DNA of 64,000 nucleotides. It comes from an uncultured Muribaculaceae bacterium. GTDB taxonomy: Bacteria; Bacillota_I; Bacilli_A; RF39; UBA660. Made by a program: the position numbers and the translations under genes. Shown piece by piece: positions 57,831-64,000 of this stretch. The notes below the pieces were generated by a model, which did not search any database, was not told the origin of the DNA, and was given only the letters and a program-made list of their open reading frames with translations. Location of the stretch: positions 7,375 through 71,374 of the forward strand of contig CAYLJU010000003.1 in NCBI GenBank assembly GCA_964384115.1, given 5' to 3'. Positions within the stretch are counted from its first letter, which is position 1, and each line of letters opens with the position of its first letter.

Positions 57831-58768
57831 ATCAAAAGACAATAACTTTAAAGGTATCTGATAATACAAAAAAAGAAATGGAAGAATTTTTTAAAGATTT
57901 AAAGAGGGAAAAAACTCCTCCTTATGCTGTTTTTCAAGCTGATGATTGTGATACTGTTGTTACTCTTTATGAATCAGGAAAGGCTGTTTTTCAGGGTCAT
58001 GATGCTGATTTATCTAGTCAATTTTGGATTGAGAGGGAAAGACATTTAAATCCAACAAAAAAGGTAGAGATGACTAATTCTGCTAATAAACAAAAGGAAA
58101 AGAAGGAAATTGTAAAGAATCCTAAGTTATATAATGCAACTACGATTGGTTCTGATGAGGTTGGTACTGGTGATTATTTTGGTCCAATTATTGTAAGTGC
58201 TGCTTATGTTGAAAAAGAAAATATTCCTTTTTTGGAAGAACTTGGAATTAGGGATTCTAAAAAAATGACTGATGATAAGATTCTTGAAGTTGTTCCTTTA
58301 ATAATTAAAAAAATACCTTATAATAGTATTTTACTTTCTAATAAGGAATATAATTCTAATCATGGTAATTTTAATATGAATAAAATTAAAGCTATTTTGC
58401 ATAATAAGGTATTATATAAAACAAAGATGGAACATCCTAATTATGAATATATTGTTGTTGATCAATTTGCTGAAAAATATGTTTATTATAGTTATTTGAA
58501 GGATTCTACTAATGTTGTTCGTGATATCACGTTTTTAACTAAAGCTGAAGATCAAGTTTTATCTGTTGCTTGTGCTTCTGTAATATCAAGATATTTGTTT
58601 TTAAAAGAATTTAATAAATTATCTAATGAACTTGGTATAAATTTACCTAAGGGTGCTGGGACAAGTGTTGATGAGGCTGGTAAAGTAATTGTTCAAAAAT
58701 TTGGTAGAGAAAAACTTAATGAGATTGCTAAATTGAGTTTTAAAAATACTGATAAAATATTAAAATAA
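57827..58768 (+). CDS. rnhC: ribonuclease HIII
   Basis: N-terminal RNase HIII-specific domain plus an RNase HII-like catalytic domain (GSDEVGTGDYFGP). 313 aa. Confidence 0.85.
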   Translation: MNQKTITLKVSDNTKKEMEEFFKDLKREKTPPYAVFQADDCDTVVTLYESGKAVFQGHDADLSSQFWIERERHLNPTKKVEMTNSANKQKEKKEIVKNPKLYNATTIGSDEVGTGDYFGPIIVSAAYVEKENIPFLEELGIRDSKKMTDDKILEVVPLIIKKIPYNSILLSNKEYNSNHGNFNMNKIKAILHNKVLYKTKMEHPNYEYIVVDQFAEKYVYYSYLKDSTNVVRDITFLTKAEDQVLSVACASVISRYLFLKEFNKLSNELGINLPKGAGTSVDEAGKVIVQKFGREKLNEIAKLSFKNTDKILK

Positions 58769-58772
58769 GTTT

Positions 58773-59057
58773 TTACTTATTTTTTTCATATTGATAAATC
58801 TTATTATTTATTGCTTTTATTTTAGTGCTATAAAAATTAATTTCATCATCTAATTTATTATTTTCTTCTTCTAGTTTTTTTATGTTATCATTAATATTTT
58901 CTAGATTAGTATACAATTGTTCTAAATTATTTAATTCATTTGTTAAATCATTTATTTTTTTTATTTTATATTCGGTTTGTTTTTTATTATTTAAAATGTT
59001 TAAAGATAATGTTAAGATTATTAAAAAAATTAAAATGTATATTTTTTTATTTTTCAT
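58773..59057 (-). CDS. small membrane-anchored coiled-coil protein (FtsB/DivIC-like architecture)
   Basis: TM segment followed by a heptad-rich segment. The start is trimmed to MKNKK to avoid overlapping the upstream gene. Confidence 0.35.
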   Translation of the reverse strand: MKNKKIYILIFLIILTLSLNILNNKKQTEYKIKKINDLTNELNNLEQLYTNLENINDNIKKLEEENNKLDDEINFYSTKIKAINNKIYQYEKNK

Positions 59058-59064
59058 ATTCCTC

Positions 59065-60009
59065 CTAATAATAAAGGGCTCTTTTGCCAAATGCATTGTA
59101 TCTATTTTCAAATACATTTTTATCAAAATATCTTATTGTTCCTGTTAAACTATCAGATGTTATAATCTTATCTTTTGTATAGCCAATTACAACAATTGCA
59201 TGTAAACTAGATAACCAATTAATTCTTTCTCCTGTCTCTTTATATATCCATGAACTGTTTATATATGGTGTATTCATATTCATTGTACACCATACAATTA
59301 CAGGTCTACCTTGTTTTACAATTGATAGTACTTCATTTAAACTTATACCTGTTCCATTTATGATTCCAGGTTTTAGTTTATTTGCTACTTCTTCTATTGG
59401 TTTATCGTAAACACCATAACTATATGGATCTGTTGGTTCTCCTATGAATTCTATATAAGGATTTCCACCATACTTGATTCCATTTTCAATATATGGTTTA
59501 TCCCCTTTTTTTAATAAATTCGCGACTTCTTCAACACTAACATTTGTTTTCCAATAGTTTAATAATATTGTTAAAGCAACACTTTCACAGCCTGTTGGAT
59601 ATCCTATTTCATATTGATTTATTTGCATTACATTTTTTATTATGTATTCATTTTCAATTTTTCCTATTAAAATCTCATATTTATTATTAACCATTTTTAA
59701 TTCATGTAATAATTCAATAAGTTTTTCTGTTTTATCCTTAATTTCGGCATTTAAACTATTTTTTTTTATTTCAAAATTATCGGTTATTTCTCTTGGATTA
59801 TTTATTATTAATTGATCAATTTCATATTTTTCCGTTATCTCATTAATTAATGTATTTACTTTTTTTTCTAAATTATCTTTTTGAATTTCATATTTTTTGT
59901 TTGCCAGTATTTGATTTAATTTTTTGTCAACTTTTTTATATTCTTGATATTCATATATTGTAAATCCTAGTAGCGCTAGTATGGGGAGTATTAAAAATTT
60001 ACTTTTCAT
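59065..60009 (-). CDS. membrane-anchored peptidase_C39-like (papain-fold) domain protein
   Basis: N-terminal TM plus a coiled coil. Catalytic Cys in GCESVALTILLNYW and His in HAIVVIGY. Confidence 0.55.
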   Translation of the reverse strand: MKSKFLILPILALLGFTIYEYQEYKKVDKKLNQILANKKYEIQKDNLEKKVNTLINEITEKYEIDQLIINNPREITDNFEIKKNSLNAEIKDKTEKLIELLHELKMVNNKYEILIGKIENEYIIKNVMQINQYEIGYPTGCESVALTILLNYWKTNVSVEEVANLLKKGDKPYIENGIKYGGNPYIEFIGEPTDPYSYGVYDKPIEEVANKLKPGIINGTGISLNEVLSIVKQGRPVIVWCTMNMNTPYINSSWIYKETGERINWLSSLHAIVVIGYTKDKIITSDSLTGTIRYFDKNVFENRYNAFGKRALYY

Positions 60010-60229
60010 CTGTTCATCACCTTTGATTATTAATAATTAAGTTCATTATTATACAACTTTATACGTTATAATTTTTTGCTATTTATTTATATTTTTATTA
60101 TCTTATTTGTGATTTGTATTTTTATAGTTAGTATATACATTTTTGATAATAGACAGTTTATATTCTTTTTAGTATTTTTCCTATTATAATTATATAACAC
60201 TTTGAACAAGATAAAAAGACTATTTATAA

Positions 60230-60601
60230 AATTTTATAAATAATTTAAATGAAAAGTTAAATACTCAATTATATGATTTAATTCCAGATGAACGTGAAGC
60301 AAGTATAGAAAGTGCAAAATTGATATATGATTTTGCACAACAAAATTGTTTATTAAATATAGAAGAACGTAATGAAATAGATAAAAATTTAAATTTTTAT
60401 TTAACAAATGGTTATCTTTATAGAAAGAGAATATCAATTTTTCCATATCAAAGTATTTTAAAATTTGATAAAGAAATTCCAAAACTAATTTATGAAAAAT
60501 TAGAAAATTATAATAAGTTAATATACGGATTAGATATACAAAATAATCCAACTATTTCATTACTTGTTACCGAAAGTAATAAGAGGTTATTAAAATTATA
60601 A
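60230..60601 (+). pseudogene. ORF lacking an in-frame ATG (open from 60230; TTG at 60320), probable gene remnant at the edge of a small foreign insertion
   Basis: The reading frame is open for 124 codons with no upstream ATG or RBS. Confidence 0.3.
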
Positions 60602-60633
60602 TATTTATATGTTATAATTTTGATATAAATGAA

Positions 60634-61074
60634 ATGAAGGTTTTTATAAGCAGAAATAGTGGAAGATTCATCTCAAGAGAAACTGATACATATTGTAATG
60701 GAGACAGAGCAATTACTGATACATTTATGTTAGATGATGGTACACTGGTATTTCATACATATAATGTAAGTGCTGATGGTAAAGAACATAGTCATCAAAT
60801 AATGGATCAAAATGGTCGTCATATTTATGCTCGTGCTATTGGTGGTGATCATCCATGGATAGAATTAGACAGAATGAATGCTATAAGATGGTTGTCAACT
60901 TTATCACAAGATAAATTAACTGTTGCATTAAATCTAATGAACAAAGATCAACTACAAATTGTTTCAGATATGCTTTGTGCATACCAACAAGCTAATATGG
61001 AAACTATTGAACCAACAAAAAAAAATGTAGATAATAGGAGAATATTATGCAAAATTTATTTGAAAATTATTTAA
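60634..61074 (+). CDS. hypothetical protein with atypical (less AT-rich) codon usage
   Basis: 146 aa using CTG/CGT/GGT/GAC codons that are rare elsewhere in the window. Confidence 0.35.
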   Translation: MKVFISRNSGRFISRETDTYCNGDRAITDTFMLDDGTLVFHTYNVSADGKEHSHQIMDQNGRHIYARAIGGDHPWIELDRMNAIRWLSTLSQDKLTVALNLMNKDQLQIVSDMLCAYQQANMETIEPTKKNVDNRRILCKIYLKII

Positions 61075-61355
61075 AAAATGGTTTATCTGAATATGATTCA
61101 AAATATTTACCAACATATCAATATGTAATGTTATTATCAAAGAATAAAGAAATCAAAGCATATTTTGCTAATGTTGATTACAATTACTTTATTGAATATC
61201 CAACAGAAGATAAAGAATATAATAGTCCAGCAGAAGTTTTAGAAAGTGAACTATTATTAACCAAAAGTGATGCAGGTATAATGTATGAAAATGTTGATGG
61301 ACAATTTCATATAATAGCATTTATTGATTTAATGGAAAAGAATCGAAAAATATAA
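61047..61355 (+). CDS. small hypothetical acidic protein, overlaps upstream ORF by 28 nt
   Basis: 102 aa. GGAG-like RBS (ataggagaatattATG). Confidence 0.3.
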   Translation: MQNLFENYLKNGLSEYDSKYLPTYQYVMLLSKNKEIKAYFANVDYNYFIEYPTEDKEYNSPAEVLESELLLTKSDAGIMYENVDGQFHIIAFIDLMEKNRKI

Positions 61356-61454
61356 ACAAATTTTTAGTGGGCTGAGTAGAAATGAATAAATTCTATTTAG
61401 TCTTTTTTTGTTTTGGAAACGGAAATTTTTCATTGTTTAAGGAGTCTGTAAAAT

Positions 61455-61495
61455 TATAATTAAAAAGACTAGATAAGCAATTTTTATTTAATTTC
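61455..61495 (-). terminator. terminator downstream of rpe (agactag ... ctagtct + T-run on minus strand)
   Basis: 7-bp inverted repeat with a large loop and a downstream U-run on the minus strand. Confidence 0.4.
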
Positions 61496-61524
61496 TAGTC
61501 TGAACTGTAACAAATAATCTTTAA

Positions 61525-62148
61525 TTATTGTAATGATTTTAATTCTATTATTTTTTCTTTTATATTACTTTTTGTTATATATGAACCAATAACACACATA
61601 TCTACTTCTTTTTCTTTTATTTTGTTTATATTGTCTTTATTTATTCCGCCATCTATAGATATAATTATATCTTTTTTCATATTTCTTATTTTTGTTATTT
61701 TTTCTATTGTTTTTTCAATGAATTTTTGTCCTCCATATCCTGGTTCTACACTCATAATTAATACTAGATCTATTTTATCAATATATGGTTTTAATACTTC
61801 AACATTTGTATTTGGTTTTATTGCTATTCCTACTTTTATATTTTTATTTTTTATATAATTTATTAATTCTAATGTATTTCCTACTTCTATATGGAATGTT
61901 ATAAATTCAGGATTTAATAGAGAATATAGATCTGTATATAATTTTACATTTTTTACCATTAGATGGATATCTAATTTTTTTTTATTTTCATAAAAATAAT
62001 TTCTTAATGTATTAAAATCTAATGTTTCTTCTTTAACAAATATTCCATCCATTATATCTAAATGAATATAATCTGTTTTACTTTCATTTAATTCTTTGAT
62101 TGTTTTTTCTTTATCATCACTTGATAAATATGAGCATGATAATTTCAT
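61525..62148 (-). CDS. rpe: ribulose-phosphate 3-epimerase
   Basis: 207 aa TIM-barrel with characteristic LSSDDKEK...HLDIMDG and MSVEPGYGGQKF motifs. Confidence 0.9.
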   Translation of the reverse strand: MKLSCSYLSSDDKEKTIKELNESKTDYIHLDIMDGIFVKEETLDFNTLRNYFYENKKKLDIHLMVKNVKLYTDLYSLLNPEFITFHIEVGNTLELINYIKNKNIKVGIAIKPNTNVEVLKPYIDKIDLVLIMSVEPGYGGQKFIEKTIEKITKIRNMKKDIIISIDGGINKDNINKIKEKEVDMCVIGSYITKSNIKEKIIELKSLQ

Positions 62149-62969
62149 TCTTCACCTCTTATAAATTTAAGATAATTTTCATATCTACTTTCTAATATTT
62201 CACCGTTTGCTACATGTTTTTTAATAGCGCAGTTATGTTCTTTTATGTGAGTGCAATCTCTAAATTCACATTCGCTTCTATATTTGTCAAAATCTATAAA
62301 ATTATCTTTAATTTCAATGTTATTCATATTTAAAGTTAATGCTGAAAATCCTGGTGTATCTGCTACTAGGCCATCAAATAGTTCTAATAATTCAACATGT
62401 CTTGTTGTGTGTTTTCCTCTACCAAGTGCATATGATATTTCACCTGTTTTAAGATTTAGATTAGGATTAAGCTTATTTAATAGGGTTGATTTTCCAGCTC
62501 CGCTTTGACCTGTAAATACTGTTAATTTTCCTTTAAATATTTTTTTTATTTTTTCTATTTCTGTATTTATATAGACATCATAATATTTTTGGTAGTAATC
62601 AATATATTTTTTAATTTCTTTTGTATTTTCTAATAAATCCATTTTTGTGAAACATATAATTGGTTTTATTTTATTGTATTCTAATACTACTAATAATTTA
62701 TCTAATAAATTGCTTGAAAAATCAGGATCTTTAACACTTGTTATGATTATTACTTGATCAATATTAGCTACTGGTGGTCTTACTAATTCGTTTTTTCTTT
62801 TTAATATTTCTGTAATGTATTTTTTATTTTTATCAAATTTTACAAAATCACCAACTAGTGGTGTAAGGTGAAGGGATCTAAATTTTCCTCTTACCTTACA
62901 TACTATTTTTTCTCCTTCTGATTCTACTGTGTAATCATTACTTAATATTTTTATTATTCTTCCTATCAT
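62145..62969 (-). CDS. rsgA: ribosome small subunit-dependent GTPase A
   Basis: Circularly permuted GTPase (GQSGAGKSTL) with a C-terminal C-x-HxxEHxC zinc knuckle. Confidence 0.85.
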   Translation of the reverse strand: MIGRIIKILSNDYTVESEGEKIVCKVRGKFRSLHLTPLVGDFVKFDKNKKYITEILKRKNELVRPPVANIDQVIIITSVKDPDFSSNLLDKLLVVLEYNKIKPIICFTKMDLLENTKEIKKYIDYYQKYYDVYINTEIEKIKKIFKGKLTVFTGQSGAGKSTLLNKLNPNLNLKTGEISYALGRGKHTTRHVELLELFDGLVADTPGFSALTLNMNNIEIKDNFIDFDKYRSECEFRDCTHIKEHNCAIKKHVANGEILESRYENYLKFIRGEE

Positions 62970-62971
62970 TT

Positions 62972-64000
62972 TTATCCTTCTGGTGTTTCTTCTTTATTTT
63001 TGGCAACGGTTATTCCAAATGTAGCATTTCCTGTTACTGGTGTATTTGCATCTCTTGTTTGATGGATTATTGTTCCTTCTGGGTAGTTTGTATTTGTGTC
63101 ATATTCTACGGTTAATATTACATTGTATTTTTCACAAAATTCTCTTACTGATGCTTCTGTATAACTTCCATCTGTAAAATCTGGATATACTATTTTTATG
63201 TCTGGTATGTATAGTGTTACGGTACTTCCTTCATTTACTGTTGTTCCTACTTCTGGATTTTGTTTTAAGATAATATCTTCTTTTTTGTCAGTTCCTGGTT
63301 CAACTTCTTCTTTTTCAATTATGACATTGATTCCGTATGCTTCAAGTGCACCTCTTACTTCAAGATAATTTTTGCCAACATAGTTTTCTAGGGTTATTCC
63401 TTTAGCTCCTAATGATATATATATTTTTACATTTGTACCTGTTTTTACTGTTCTTCCTGCTAATGGGTTTGTTTTTACTACTAATCCTGGTTCTACGGTA
63501 GAACTGTTAACTTCTAGGACTTCATCTTCAACGATTAGTCCAATTTTTTCTAATTCTTTTATTGCTTCTTCAGTTGTTTTACTTGTAACATTTGGTACAA
63601 TTATATCTTTCACTTTGTTTTTTGATAAAAATATTAGGGCGGATAATATACAAATTACAGCTGTTGCGCATATGCTTAATAGAACTATTAATATGGTGCG
63701 AGAAATACCTTTTTTCTTTGGAATTTCTTCTGTTTTATCATCAAGTGTTATTTCTTCAATTTTTTCTTGTTTTTCAGTTTCTTTTGGTTTAATATTTTCT
63801 TCATCTTTTAATACAGCTTTTTCAGGATATTTATATATGTATTTTCGTTCATATTTGCGATCTGGATCTAGACAATGATCAAGATCATATAACATTTGGT
63901 TTACATTTTCATATCTGTTTTCTGGATTCTTAGCGCAGGCTTTTAGAATTATATTTTCAACACTTTGGGGAATATCATCGCGATACATTGAAATGCTTGG
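62972..64000 (-). CDS. prkC: Ser/Thr protein kinase PrkC-like, C-terminal part (kinase C-lobe end, TM, PASTA repeats); N-terminus lies beyond the window edge
   Basis: The kinase C-lobe tail (PENRY) is followed by a TM segment and three PASTA-like repeats. The ORF is open to position 64000. Confidence 0.8.
   Translation of the reverse strand, partial: PSISMYRDDIPQSVENIILKACAKNPENRYENVNQMLYDLDHCLDPDRKYERKYIYKYPEKAVLKDEENIKPKETEKQEKIEEITLDDKTEEIPKKKGISRTILIVLLSICATAVICILSALIFLSKNKVKDIIVPNVTSKTTEEAIKELEKIGLIVEDEVLEVNSSTVEPGLVVKTNPLAGRTVKTGTNVKIYISLGAKGITLENYVGKNYLEVRGALEAYGINVIIEKEEVEPGTDKKEDIILKQNPEVGTTVNEGSTVTLYIPDIKIVYPDFTDGSYTEASVREFCEKYNVILTVEYDTNTNYPEGTIIHQTRDANTPVTGNATFGITVAKNKEETPEG

Noticed and set aside
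60234-60551. 105-aa minus-strand ORF antisense to the plus-strand remnant ORF.
   Set aside because: Low-complexity sequence. It conflicts with the better-supported plus-strand frame. No RBS.
1-64000. Alternative genetic code (TGA=Trp, Mollicutes-like) suggested by the extreme AT richness.
   Set aside because: Long conserved genes (PFOR, recG, ftsK, uvrC) are read end-to-end with code 11 and terminate at TGA, TAA or TAG where expected. Sporulation and cell-wall genes argue for a walled Firmicute.
1-64000. CRISPR arrays, rRNA operons, and intact IS elements or integrases.
   Set aside because: No regularly spaced direct repeats were found. No rRNA-like conserved GC-rich blocks. No full-length transposase or recombinase ORFs in any frame.

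Overview
This window is ~24% GC and comes from a low-GC Gram-positive, endospore-forming Firmicute, read with the standard code 11 (long intact ORFs, TGA is a stop). Most genes sit on the minus strand in Bacillus-like housekeeping synteny: recG, PFOR (nifJ), yqeG-yqeH, ftsY-ylxM-ffh, rnj, miaA, queA, dinB, dnaD-nth, cca, hup, spoIVA, ftsK, uvrC, rnhC and prkC-rsgA-rpe. Sporulation genes are present (spoIVA, yunB, gerE, a GerM-like protein, a CotD-like coat protein with a YheC/D-like ATP-grasp protein). One tRNA-Arg(TCT) is found. Accessory content is concentrated at the left end (1-6.5 kb). There, a five-gene cassette (tandem-HTH regulator, MazG-like NTPase, coiled-coil/zinc-ribbon protein, DUF2075 nuclease-helicase, membrane protein) is flanked by imperfect direct repeats and looks like a defence island. 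It is followed by three uncharacterised genes. Other notable items: two paralogous HerA/FtsK-superfamily ATPases embedded in housekeeping operons; a thioester-domain/CnaB adhesin with its sortase; a Rel protein truncated after the TGS domain with decayed downstream fragments and an ABC-ATPase pseudogene fragment; a promoter+terminator-bounded small-RNA candidate between recG and PFOR; and a compositionally distinct 1.1 kb insertion (60.2-61.4 kb). No CRISPR array, rRNA or intact transposase was found.
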